DNA of 64,000 bases. It comes from Chiloscyllium plagiosum (Eukaryota). Below are positions 37,536-51,140 of this stretch, piece by piece. A program made the position numbers and the translations under genes. The notes beneath the pieces are model-generated. The model worked only from the letters and a program-made list of their open reading frames with translations. It did not search any database and was not told where the DNA came from. How positions within the stretch are numbered: position 1 is the first letter of the stretch; each line of letters starts with the position of its first letter. The DNA lies in NCBI RefSeq assembly GCF_004010195.1, contig NC_057720.1:34325453-34389452 (forward strand). Reading direction: 5' to 3'.

Positions 37536-39942
37536 CAATAAAATCAATTGGTGCATTGGCATTAGATAACCTACAAACTAAGACTGTTAGCATAGTCTTG
37601 TCAGGTTTTCACAGAATATGCAAAAGCACAAACAAAATATGAACAGAAGTAAATCATTGACAAGTACCAGATTCTCGCGCAACCAGTTAGATTTGATGCA
37701 AATATTTGCATTGAACATGACTGATCTTCTTTGAGGTCTGTATTATGAAACTGCAACTTTTGCTTTCTCTGACCAACAAACAGTGAGACTTCATTATGCC
37801 TGAGCTCGTGAAATAAGGAAGGAGTGTAAAACTCTTGCAACTCAAAACCCTTCAGTACACTAATGTGTAAAAGGAGGTAGGGAGCCTCGTATAATTTTAC
37901 AAGAGCGGGCATTTCCAAACAATAAGCCTTTTGGCATAAACTTATCCCAGAGTTGACTGCTAAAAGATGTCAATTGTGCAATGGTATTTAACAAAACAGA
38001 TTTGTTATTAAATTAGAGGGACTTTTATAATGCTCTCTGATTGTCACTCACTGATTATGTCATAGTCTTTAATCCCTGAGTGCAGATGCCATCAAGTATA
38101 AACTATATTCAGAGACGTTGTTATTGTTGGTTTTGCTTATTGTTGGTTGCCATGACATTTACCTCACACAAAGACAATGGAATAAATCTTTACAAGCTCT
38201 GCAATGACATACTATAAATTAACCTATATGGCTGGTAACCTGCTTCGGTGTGTCTGTAATTTTATCAGTAGATTCAAATTTCCCAAACTCCATGGTTACC
38301 AGTCGACATCTTACTTATACGGGAACTCTGAATCCACTGATCAAATGAGTGCACTAACTAGTACAATTAGGAAAGAGATCCATCCTGTCCTCCAGCACAA
38401 TCATCTCAGAACACTGGATGAGAAAGTTGTTCTCAATTCTCTCCTTGCATTCTATTATATATGAGAGTGAGCACATGGTTTAACTCATGGTTAAATATGA
38501 AACATGCAACTGTCAGGATTACAATATTGCCCAGCTCCCTCATTTGGTTACAACATTGAAGTTCACTTCCAGGTGTTAATTATTCAAAACATAAACAGTT
38601 CACTTCTTGATGAGGTTCTGGCTACATAGTTTCCTCGTTCTATGAATATAACATCAGCACTCTTTTTGTGTGCTTGTATGCCCACGTCTAAGAAGTTTCG
38701 ATTGAAGGTAAACTGATTAAGGAGAAGACAAGGTCAAGAACTGTCTCCAGACACTGGCTTCCTTAGAACTCTATTTATGCACATTAATACTAAATATGTT
38801 GTAATTTGAAATATATCAGGCCCTGATTTTACCATTGATTAAGACTATAATCTAAATGTGTTTCTATCTATTTTATCTTATCCCACTCTATTCTAATCTA
38901 ACTAGTCTACTCTTTACCCCATTCTGTTCCAGTATTGTGAAAGCTATGCTCAGTGGGAGGCAGCTCCAAGACATCAACTCAAGTTTGCACTAGGGTCTGG
39001 AAGTCCTTATACAACAATTATACAACAATCCTATTAAAGTGTGGGAAAGGAATCAAAACTAACACTTAAACTTAGACATATTGATCACTGACAGATATTA
39101 AGTATGATTAAATGTTAAGCCTGTTATTGATTTTACAAGACCAAACTCAACATGTTGGGTGCATACAATTTTGAAAAATGAGTGCGGGACAGAAACATGA
39201 GAAAACTCAACAATCAGAAACACATGTAGTATTCATTCATGTAACTTAGTGTTTTTTTAAACTGCTAGGTTTTTAAAACTGTTTCATGATTTAGGTATCA
39301 TTAGCAAGATCAGAATTTTCTGCCTGAGCCAACTCCTACCCAACTGTGTCCCTTTTTGCTGCCCTTCACTTTGTCTTCTAGAAAAGATTTCTGTAGATTT
39401 TCAGCCCTGATTAAAAGGCACAATGACATTTTCATTTCACTTTCTAGAGTTCATTTTGCACTTGCAATTTTAAGTACCTCCTCATTTGTCTGATTTTTCA
39501 AGTACCTCTCCATTTGTCTACAGTCTGTATGTGGAATTTTAAGCATATGTCTCAGCATCGTATTTCAAAGGCACATTTTCCTCGACAGATCCTTACTTAT
39601 TGTCCAAGTTTGTGAGCATTTTAGTGTTTGCTACAAACTTGGGTTTTCTAGTTACCACATCCCTCACCTTCACAAAGTCACTTATGGTTATCTCCAAATT
39701 TCTTCTGACTCAGCGTTGAATTTGCTGTCTTCTACTATCATTTGCCCCCAAAAAAGAGTTATCTGAGCATAGTGCACAAAACATGAAGTTTGCAGAAATG
39801 TAGAAAATACTGAGTTATCTACAAACTCTTGTATTCAAAAGACAGAATGACTGATTTGAAGAGTGATCCGAATCTAAGAAGGAAGATATATTGCACTTCT
39901 CAAATTACAGTAAACAAAGGACACAGAACATTAATTTCAGCA

Positions 39943-40050
39943 GCAGCGCTCCAAAAGCTAGTACTTCCAATTAAACCGGTTAGACTATAACCTGGTGTTG
40001 TGTGATTTTTAACTTTGTGCACCACAGTCCAACACCGGCATCTCAAAATC
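39943..40050 (+). mobile_element. Family B PLE-derived half element
   Basis: gcagcgctccaaaagctagt...gactataacctggtgttgtgtgatttttaactttgt...cagtccaacaccggcatctc. Confidence 0.8.
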
Positions 40051-43000
40051 ACAGAAAACTTCACAAAAAACTTTCGCTATTTTTAAAGTTTATTTGTGAA
40101 AATATCGTCAGATTAATGGGAAACAATTGAGCTGATACAGAACAGAAAATTTTGCAATGACTGAGATTAGATTTTGTACAATAATCAGGAAATTCATCTT
40201 TCAAAAGATTTTATATAATTCATGTAACTGCATGAATTTGCAAATTTTCTTTGTACTGGGCTCTCCTTTTTAATATTTTATTGAACTGTGCTATGGCCTC
40301 ATGATCATTTGCAACTAGAGGTACTCACAAGTATGAATATGAGAATCTAACTAATGGAATACAAAACTTCCAGGGTGTTTTGCTACATGTGTGACATTTT
40401 AAAATAATGGAATCAAGTGCATTTAGGAACTGTTTTAATATAGGAAGTAAAATAATGCAGCATTACAGTAGCATGCAAAGCACAAGTTGAAAAATCTACA
40501 AAGAAATGCCATGGTTTCACATGCAAGCTTAATGAATTGCTGATAAATATGTTTTCCACTACAGATTTATGAAGGATGTTGAAATGTATTTTGTTTCTAA
40601 ATTAATTTGTCTTAATTACTTATTTATGTCCAGGGTGTTAATGTTACAATCAAAGAGTAGTCTATTTAACATGTGTTCAAAGAAAATAATTTTAATTACA
40701 AAAAATGAGTAAATAAAGAAAATTTTACTGGATAACATGAATGAAGAAGGCATTTGCTTGGATTTAACAGTTTTCAATCATTTACATGTAGTGAAGAGAT
40801 AAGCATATTTCCTCTATTGTACAGTAAACCCACGTGTGACATGTTTCATTAGAATATTAGTGTCCACAGTTACTCCTGTAGGCATCATTGTAAATAGAGC
40901 TTTTCAATTTTAAAGATGACTTGCTTTCAGGGTTGCATATGTGAACACTGCAGCTGCTATTTTATTTAAACAACATAGTAATTTGAAATATTGGAACTAA
41001 ATTTCCCAAATGTTGGCAGATAATTTTTACTTAGGTTAAATTATCTCTTTATTCAGCCTTCTGTGTAACATTTTAACTATGTACTCATATGCAGTCACAT
41101 TCATCCCAGAGGTAAGAAGAGAGACCATATTGTTTATAACATTGACAATATCAATAGACAGTTATCTATGTACAAAGGTTAGTAGTCTTCTAGGAACAGT
41201 TAACTTCTACTGTGATGGACCTATTGCACAGACAATCTGAGGAATATCTGTTTCCAATGCTTACATAGTGACGTTTCTATGACAGAAGACCAATTATTGT
41301 TCTTAGAATTGCATTTTAGTCTTTTGTGAGAAGATTCCAACCTTCCCAATGAATGATGATCATACACTGCATAACACTCAAACTATGCACTAGACAGTTC
41401 TCTTAACTTTGACTGGGTGATATGTACAATCACTTTCCATAGTAAAATTTATCGAACAGGAACCTTACAAATTTCAAATAATTCCCAAGATCAAAATACA
41501 TACAATGACAGCTACAAAATACAATCACCTTAAATATTTATAAACAACAAACTGAGTTGAAAGTCTATATGGTAATCATTTTCTTTGCTGATAAACTAAT
41601 GTCACTACTTCCTTTAAATCTGGCAACTTGATATCTTTCTATGGATTGTCCTCCTTAAACCTTTCCCACTGAAAAAGATCAGAAAAACCACTACTTTCAA
41701 ATTCAGTTGCTCATTAATCTCAGAATAAAGCAGTAGTGTGTGCTTTATGGATAAAATATATTTTTAGAACTGATAATTTTTCACCTACCGCAAAAAGCCC
41801 CATTCCTAACGAGGAGTTTAATGTAGACCCTTTAGCTTTTTGAACTTTGCAATAAAATACATTTGTTGGAAAAGAAGTTTCGGTTGTCTACCAAAAGAAC
41901 ACGCTTCTGCCTCCGTGGCAAAAAAATCTGAAAAATCATTCAACATTTGGCTCTCGATATAAATCCCATTCCGACAATATGCCATAACGAATTTTTTTTT
42001 TTGGTGTAGTTGCTTACAAGTGTTGCTGAATTGTCCATCTGTCAAATTCACATGAAAGCAACAGGATACTATGTGCTGCCATAAATATGGAGATAGACAT
42101 GCCCCAGTAATGCACTTACTTACACCCACTCCACCACTCAGAAAGCTTTCTCTCTCCGTCTCGCTGTTTGTCCCTCGCTTTGCCCACTCTGGCCGAAGTG
42201 ATTTTTAAAAAAATGTTTTCAAAATGCATACTGGCAGACTTTTTAAGAAGGCCAGGGCCTTGTATCACACGGTGGAAGCCACACTGAGTCGTCAGGGACT
42301 CCCTGAGTAATCACAGAAAGAGAGGCAGGGGGGACAATGCACTTTGTTGATAAATGTCATTCCTAAGCACCTCACGCCATCACCCCTGGAGCCTCGAACA
42401 ATGCTGCTTTGAATCCGACACAAACTTCCCCTTGGTCAGTGAAGGTTTTTCTCAGTACTGGGGTTAGCTCAATACAAGACAACTTTTACAAAAGACATTG
42501 CATTCACATTCAACCTACCATACTCAAATTTTCACATCCTTTCCCTGATCATTGCAATTATGATTAGCACATTTTAAAATATATAAATTATTACAAAGTA
42601 AACCAGCATGGGACCAGAATACAAAGTTTCCCACTTCTTCTTGGTAGTCTGAAAATCATTCTTGTCTCTTTCATACCTTTCTTTCCCAGACGACTAGCTA
42701 CCAATTGAAAAAAGTAGTCGTTGGTCAGAATTGATTAATGTGTGAATTAAGTCTGCCTCATTTCATCTGACGATGCAACAGTTCTTTCAACACTTTTGCC
42801 ACTTCCGTACAATTATCTGCCCTCCTATCTGAAACTCAATGTATGAAGCCTCCTCTACTCTGAAGTTATACTAATTTTTTGTTGCACAGGACAGACACTT
42901 GCCAGAAGTAGTCTTTGGGATACTTGTTGTCATCTCTCTGCTTGAATAAAGAGCCTGTAACTCACTGCTAGAACTGGACAATCCTGCCAAAATCACGCTG

Positions 43001-43324
43001 AGAGCCAGGAAGCCTTGGACTCGTCCTTTTTTTTTTTGCAGGCTATTAGCGATAATAGAGAACCACACAAATTGTCTCAAAGCTCATCAAATACAAAAGT
43101 GTTAAAAATAGGATGGAATCAGGAAAAAAGTTACAACTTTTCATTTTTATCTTCAGATTCAATCCCAGCCTCCACCATTTATAAAATGTGTAGGTAGCCC
43201 CACCTTCACATCAACTGATTTGAATGTTCTAAATACTGGTGTGATAAAAAGATAAGAATATTTAAAAGAGTGGTTATTTTTGGCCATGCTGTTTTCTGAA
43301 AAAAAGTAATTTTCTGATTTGTTT

Positions 43325-44370
43325 GATTTACTGTATTATTGTCACATGTACCAAGATACAGGGAAAAGTACTGTTTTGCGTGCTAACCAGACAAATCATA
43401 CCTTACATTAATGTGTCAGGGTAATAGGACAGGATACAGAAAATAGTGTTACAGCTACAAAAAAGGTGAAGATCAACTCTAATATATAAGAGGTCGATTC
43501 ATAAATCTGACAAGAGCAAGGAAGATGTTGTTCTTGAATGTGTTGGTAAGTGTTTTCAAACTTTTGGATCTTCTGCCCCATAGAAGAGGGGTGAAGAGGG
43601 TATAACCTGGGTGGGAGGAGTCTTTGATTATCTTGGCTGCTTTCCTGAGGCAGCAGGAAGTGTAGACAGAATGAAGGGAAGGTCTGATGACTTTTGTGAT
43701 GCTCTGGGCTGCGTTCACAACTCTCTGTAACTTCCTGCAGTTTTGGGCAGAGCAGTTACCATATCACACTGTGCTACATCCAGATAGGATGCTTTCTACA
43801 GTGCATCTATAAACATTGGTAAGAGTCATAGTCAACATGCCGTATTTCCTTAGCCTTCTTAGCAAGTAGACGTGTTGGTCTGCTTTCTTGACTGTAGCGT
43901 TGACATGGATGGACCAGGATAGATGGTTAGTGATATTTATCCTAGGAATGTGATGCGCTTGAGCACCTCCACCACAACACCGTTGATACAGACCTTGTCC
44001 TCCACACCGCTTCCTGAAGTCGATGACCAAATAGTTCATTTTGTTGACACTGAAGAAGAGATTGTTGTCTTTACACCATGCCACTAAGCTCTCTATCAGT
44101 TTCCTATTCTCTGTGTCATCATTGTTTCAGATCCAACCCACCATGGTGATGCCATCATCAAATTTGTAAATTGAGTTTGAGCTGAATTTGGTCACACAGT
44201 CGTGAGTGTATACGGAGTATAATAAGAAGCTGAGTACGCATCATTGTGGGGCACTAATGTTGAGATTATTGTGGAGGAAGTGTAGTTGCCTGCCCTTATT
44301 GATTGTAGTCTGCAGGTCAGGAAGTCAAGAATCCAGTTGCAGAGTAGGGAGTAGAGTTCTAAATCATGGA
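43325..44370 (-). mobile_element. Rex1/Babar-clade LINE, RT C-terminus and 3' UTR
   Basis: WCKDNNL...IDFRK, LSWSIH...VKKA...LRRLRK, YRCTVESILSGC in minus ORFs 43764-44084 and 43479-43718. Confidence 0.88.
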
Positions 44371-44560
44371 GTTTGAAGTTTAAGCTATTGCATGGTGTAC
44401 TTAAGAGTGATCAGCAGGAAAAGTGAACATCTGGAATTGAGTGACTCCAGGAAATCATGTCGTAAACCTGAATCATCTGCATTCCATCAAAAGCACAGCA
44501 GCTCAGAGGTAGCCAGCAGCTGGAGAATATAAAGCAACCTCCTTTTAAGAACGGCAATAA

Positions 44561-44675
44561 GGGCCCTTTTGTGGTGCAGTGGTAGTGACTCTACCCTGGA
44601 CTGCGAGGCCCAGGTTCAAGTCCCATCTGCTCCAAAGGTGTGTAATAATATCTCTGAACAGGTTAATTAGAAAAA
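44561..44675 (+). mobile_element. Short tRNA-derived SINE-like repeat
   Basis: gtggtgcagtggtag A box and ggttcaagtcc B box; two other copies in the window. Confidence 0.7.
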
Positions 44676-46704
44676 CAGATTACATTTTATTTTTAAGAGA
44701 GGCAATAGAGTAAAAAGAAAACATTTGATAAGAAAAGGGGACAACTGTCTGAACTATGAATTTCTCACTGATACCTACCCACCTGTCTGGTCAAGTTAGA
44801 TCTGAAACAGAACTCTCATAGCATGAGAAGGTGTCTGCCTCTACTCTTGTTTACATCATAGGGGTGCTACCAGTTCCTGGCTTGTGCCAACCAGCAGCAG
44901 CCTCAAAATAAACTTACTGGATTGACAAACAATAGTGTCCTGGTGTACTACTTTTACTTCTCAATCAACAGAAACATTATTACAGTGCTAAATTTATGTC
45001 TAATCCTTAACAGATATGTGAGATTGGAATGGTTCTGCTTTCTGGTTGTTTTGAGAGTTGCAAATGCTAAAATATAACATACATACTAACAAAAGAGAAG
45101 TGATATACAAAAAATAAAGACAGCATAGATTAGGAATACATTTAAAAAGTGGAAGAGGACAAGTTATAACTTTTGCTTCAAATGTATCCATCCTTCTACA
45201 CTCTACCATGCCACGCAGTAAGGCTAACCTTCATTTTAAATATCTTTACTTTGCCCAACAACTTGCACTCAACATCCAAATTTGGCACATTATAAGTTAT
45301 AACCTGACAACCACCCTTATGGACATGCTCATGTGCACAGGTACTTGGCACCCTTGAAACTGGCCTGCCACAAACTCAAGTGTGCTCATCTTTTGCCCAA
45401 AGCACTGACAGAAGATCTGCCAGCATGTTATAAAAGATTACATTAATAGGTGTTATTCCATGCAGAGTTTAGATTTAACTTCTAAACTTTGCTTACATAC
45501 TTCGAGATACAAAGTCCTCAATGAGATGACTGCCTAGCAACCACTCCCAGGTATCTATTATCCTGGCTATTTATTTTGTTAAACCCTATTAAGAGTGTAA
45601 TTAGAAAGTAATTAAATTTCAATGATCCCATTCAGTGAAATAGTATTGCTCAAATTTAATGCTGTTAGAAAACCCAAGGCCCATCACTGGTCACATTAAT
45701 GCAGTTCTACTAACTCAGATTTTTTAGTTTTCTTTATTTTCAGAACATTCCTGTAAAGCCTAATGTTCATTTTATATATACAATGTCAATGGCAGCCCAG
45801 GAAAATTTCTTTTGGTAGATGACTACACACATATAATGTACATGGATATACTTATGAATATATACACATGTATAACGTACATCGAAATGATAGGAGTCAA
45901 AGAAGGGAAAGTGGGGCAGCTATGTCAATTAGAAATAACAGTGACAATAGCAAGAAAAGATAAGATGAACAAGAAGAAACAAAAACCAAAATTCATGTAG
46001 ATTGAGCTAAAACAGGGAAGGTTTGGTAGTAATAAGAGGGATTGTGTGTGTATTGCAGACCTCCAATATATGAAGAGTAGTGATAATGGGGTACTTGCTA
46101 TCATTCAGAGTAGTTAACATGGATTGTTGTAATTAAGATGAGCTTGACAAGTATTTACTGGAGAAGAGAATAGACAAGAAAGTAAACTCCATATTTATTG
46201 AAAATTATTGAAATTCTGGTCAGTGAGTCCAAGTGAATCAGTTTAGATTTACTAATCTTTTATAAAACTTCCGGTATGTCTTTTTAACTAGATAGACAAG
46301 GGATTGTTTTCAATCCCCTAACCATATAATGGTTGTGTGTCTCTTTCCAAGGAAATTGGGGAATGGTGAGGAAGTTGGAGTGGAACAGTCAACGTTATAG
46401 CTATATGTTTATCAGTAGTAAGACGCAACAGTTAAAGCAAAATGAAAGTAACAGCATAAAGATGGAACTGATAAAAGAAACAAACAGGAAACGTTTGCAT
46501 GGCCAATTACCACACAAACTGAACAAGATTGTAAACTGAAACACAGCTGTTTAAAAGAAATCAAGGTAGTGCTGACACAGTGAAAACACAGGTTACAGTA
46601 ATTAATGGTCGACTTTAAATAGGTGAGGAAACACAGCAAATCATAGTAATATAATGCCTGAACAGGCCACTACTGCAACAATGCAGCCTCCTGAATGGGG
46701 TTTC

Positions 46705-47372
46705 CTTGAAAGTGGAGTCACAGATAGATAGGATAGTGAAGAAAGTGTTTAGTATGCTTGCCTTTATTGGTCACAGCATTGAATATAAAGAGTTGGGAGG
46801 TCATTTTGTGGCTCTACAGGACATTTGTTAGGCCACTTTTGGAACATTGCGTGCAATTCTGGTCTCCTTCCTATCAGAAGGATGTTGTGAAACTTGAAAA
46901 GGTTCAGAAAAGATTTACCAGGATGATGCCAGGGTTGAAGAATTTGAGCTATACGGAAAGGCTGAATAAGATGGGGCTGTTTTCCTTGGAGCATTGGAGG
47001 CTGAGGGGTAACCTTATATAGGGTCATGGATAGGATAAACAGACAAGGTCTTTTCTCTGAGGATGGGGAGCCCAGAACAAGAGGGCATAGGTTTAGGGTG
47101 AGGGGGGAAAGATATAAAAGGGACCTAAGAGCAATGTTTTCACACAGAAGTTGGTGCGTGTATGGAATGAGCTGCCAGAGGAAATGGTGGAGGCTGGTAC
47201 AATTACAACATTTAAAAGGCATTTGGATGGGTATATGAATAGAAAGGGTTTAGAGGGATGTGGGCCAAGTGCTGGCTATTGGGACTAGAATGGATTAGGA
47301 TACCTGGTCGGCATGGACAAATTGGACCAAAGGGTCTGTTTCAGTGCTGTCCATCTGTATGACTTTATGACT
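46705..47372 (+). mobile_element. HER1-like CR1 LINE 3' fragment
   Basis: ORFs 46758-47021 and 47026-47238; tgtatgactttatgac tail. Confidence 0.94.
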
Positions 47373-47374
47373 GT

Positions 47375-47735
47375 GACTACAGCAATGTAGTCCCTGAACC
47401 AATCACTCCTGTAGAATGCAACCCACAAACAGACAGCTATTTCCACAAAATAATCCCTAAACAAACCACAACTGCAGCAAGATAACCCATGCACAACCAT
47501 TAATGCAGCAATGCATGCTCCTTACTAATCGTTACTGCAGCAATGCAAGAGCTGAATGAATCATTAATGAAGCAATTCGATTCCTAAAAATCCACTTTGG
47601 GACTACACAATACCCTCAAGAGACCATTACTGCACCAATAAAGTCCGTGAATAAACTACTGCTGCAGCAACACAACCCTTTGAAATGACCACTTGTGAAA
47701 TGATATAACCTTTTAATTGACAACTCCTACAACAC
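47375..47735. repeat. Degenerate ~30-bp minisatellite
   Basis: Recurrent units like ccattactgcagcaatgcaaccc.tgaa; further units at about 46650-46695 and 48035-48100. Confidence 0.65.
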
Positions 47736-48299
47736 AGGCAAAGATATTCCAATGGACAGAGTCACGGCATCCTACCCTATCCATCTTACCAAAATGCCAC
47801 ACTACCCCCTCACTTACCTTAAAAATTTTACTCTTTTCAGTTGCTGTCAAAGTGCCTTTCAGACCTTTCACTCCCAAAATATGGCATCAAGTATTTTATG
47901 AAGGGGCCATGTGTTTGGCTGTAATGCCAGACTCGGAATCTTGGCTGGAAAAATTGCTGACAGATAGGTAGGTAATTTTAAAGAGGATTACTGTCATTTG
48001 AAATGATTCCAATGGAAATTGGAATATCTGGTCCAATATAACCCACGCAACAGACCATTGCTGCACCAATATAACACATGAATAGACCAGTGCTGTAATA
48101 AATTGTATTATCAGTATCCTTCTAGACGATGAAGATGTAGCAATTCAAACCAATTGAGGATGGGGTAGATTCTTATGGTGCACTTAGCATCAGAGCACTG
48201 GGGAAGAGGTGTTGCAAGAGGGGATAGGAAAGATTTAGAAAACCAAAGGACAGAATTTTCAAGTATGCTCCATCCCCCACCATGTAAAAACAGGAAAGC

Positions 48300-51140
48300 T
48301 TATGCCAGATGCCAAGAATTCAATACTGCAGAAAATATAATTGTAAATATATGTTGAATGCAGAGTAAAGTAAATAAGACTGAGTGTTACAAGTAAAAAT
48401 AGATGGAAGGGCTGGAAAGATATCAAATATTTCTTGGTCTAAGTTGCTCAGGGAAGATAGTAAAGGAAGGAAAGGGAAAGGATTAACAGTATTCATTAAG
48501 AAGGGCATTACATTGCTGAAGAAAGGGAATGTCTCAGAGGGTTCAAGGACAGAGTCAGTTTGGCTAGAGCTAAGGAGTAGAGAGGGGACAATTACATTGC
48601 TTGGTATAGTCAATAGACCACCAACTATTGGAAAGGTATAGAGGAGCAAATATGCAGGGAAATTGCAAAGAACTGACAACATTATAGAGAAGCTATAATG
48701 GTGATTTCAATGACCCAAATATAGACTGGGATATTGATAATGTGAGGAACAGTGAGGGCAAATGGTCCTAGATAGTGTTCAGGAGAGTTTACTACAATAA
48801 TAAGTGTCTAGTCCAACAAGAAAGGATGCATTGTTGGACCTGGTCCTTGGAAATGAGGTGCACCAAGTGAATCAAGTGTCAGTGGGGTAACATTCAGGAG
48901 ACAGTAATCATTATTTCATAAGGTTCAAGATGGTGGTGAGAATGATATGCAACAATCCAGACTAAGAAAAACCAATTGGCAGAGAGCTGACTTCAATGGG
49001 GCAAGCACAGAGCTGGGCAGGATTGACTGGAACAAGAGGGTGACAGGAAAGCAGTAACTGAACAATGGGCTCCCTCAAAAAGCAGACAGTTGGGATACTG
49101 TTGAGGTAAATTGACTGTTATTCTGAATATTATATCTCTATTTTTCTATTTATTCTATTCTTGGACCTCTCATTTCTGTACTTTTCCATTTTTTTTCCCT
49201 AAGAATTTGTACTTAAGATTCTGTACTTGCGTACCTAAAATGGCACCATAAGTGGCAATTTGTAAACTTTTCACTGTATTCGTGTGAGCATATGTGACAA
49301 TAAAGCAAATTCTAATTTTAATTCTAATTCTATTTTTTCAACTGGGAAAGTAAGACAAACAAAACAAGAGTTCCTTTCATGACAAAGGAGGTAGAAATTA
49401 ACATTAGAAAGAAAAAGTGTGCTTATGACAGGTGTCAGGCAGAAAATGCAATAGAGAACCAAGAGGAATACCAAAGCTTTAGTGGGGAGTTGACAAAGCA
49501 ATTCTGAGAGCCAAAGATGATTTTTGAAAAAAGAATGGCAGTTTCTATAAATGGGAATGCCAAAACCTTTGATGGGCATATAACGTGTGATTAGGGAGAA
49601 GTAGGGCTGAGTAGAGACCAAAAAGAGGATTTACACAGTATCTGTAGACATGGTTGAGGTGTTAATAAATACAAAAGAGTGCGAAGTTCCCCAGGCTATG
49701 GTGACAGAGGTGCAAACTCTGTCACTAGAAGGGTTCAAAATTATTAGGAGTCTTGGATAAACTTGATACTTCAAGGTGAAAACTCACTGGGACCAGATGA
49801 GATGGATCCAAGGATTTTGAAGGAAGTAAGAGTAGAAATTGAGGACAACAGTCATTATCTTTCAGATGTCCATGGAGTCAGGAGATGGTGGGAGGGGGAA
49901 TGCTAGAAGACTGCAGAATTGCAAACATTACAGCCTCCTTCAAGAAAGGTTGTAAAGATAATCCTGGCAATTACACATTGGTTAGTTTAACTTCAGTGGT
50001 GGGGAAACATCCAGAAACAATTATTCAGGATACAATTAGGAGTCACATGGCAAAAGATGGATTGCATTGGAAGAGTCTGCACAAATTTCTAAAGGGAAAA
50101 TTGTGTTTAACTGACCTGCTGAAGTTTTTGAAAAGATAACAGAAAGGCTCAATGAAGGAAAGCCTATTGACATTATATACATGGATTTCCAGAAGGAGTT
50201 TGATAAGACCTGTTAGGAATATTCTAGGTCATGGGATAAAAGAGACAGTAGCAACATGGATACAAAATTGGCTGAGTGTTAGGAAACAGAAATCAATAGT
50301 CATTGGATATTTTTCAGGCTGTTGGAAGGTTTGCTTTGGAGTTTCCCAGGGCTCGGTATTGGACTCCTTGCTTTTCCTGATATATATTAATGATTTGGAT
50401 TCTGTTATGCAATGGACAATTTCAAAGTTTGCAGATGACACAAAACTTTGAAGAATTGTAAACTGTCAGGAAGGCATAATAAAACTCCAAAAAGACATTG
50501 ACAAGTTGATGGAGTGGCCGAATAGGTGGCAGATGAGGTTCAGTGCAGAAAAGTGTGAAGTGATACATTTCAACAGGAGGAACACAGAAAGACAATATAT
50601 ACTAGGGGATACAGTTCAAAAGGGCATGCGGGGGCACAGCGACCTGGATGTATATGTGCACAGATCATTGAAGGTGGTAGGACAGGTGGAGTGAGCGATT
50701 AATAAAGCATAGATTTATTAACAGCAGCAGCGAGTTCAAGAGAAAGGAAGTGATGTTGAATCTGCATAAAACGTTTGTTGTACCCCACCTGGAGTACTGT
50801 GCGCATATCTGGCTTCCACTTTAATGGAAAGATGTAAGAAGGCGTGGGAGAGACAACAGAGTAGATAGGGAGAAACTGTTCCCATTCAAAAGAAGCAAGG
50901 GTGATGTGAGAAAAAATGCTTTTTCACACAGTGAGTAGTTGGGGTATGGAATGGTAGAGGAACGTTAAACTGAGGCGTTATAGAGGGCAGTGGATGATTA
51001 TTTGGATAGAATTAGTGTACAAGGCTATGGGACAAAAAGCAGGCGTTTGTCACTAGGTAATGGTGCTTGTTTGATGAGTCAGTGCAGGCAGAATGGAACA
51101 AATGGCCTCCTTCTGCACTATTGCAAAGCTGTGTGATTCC
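48300..51140 (+). mobile_element. Degenerate CR1 LINE ORF2 (endonuclease and RT), interrupted at about 49120-49335
   Basis: TESVWLELRSREG, GCKDNPGNYTLVSLTSVVGK, GVSQGSVL, KFADDTKL in + strand ORFs. Confidence 0.9.
49120..49335 (+). mobile_element. Nested 3' end of a probable Rex1-like LINE
   Basis: cttttcactgtat...tatgtgacaataaa then (attcta)n tail; similar to the reverse of the Rex1 3' end at 43325-43375. Confidence 0.6.

Noticed and set aside
47375..47735. CRISPR-like array
   Set aside because: Vertebrate context, degenerate whole-unit repeats, no unique spacers, no cas genes
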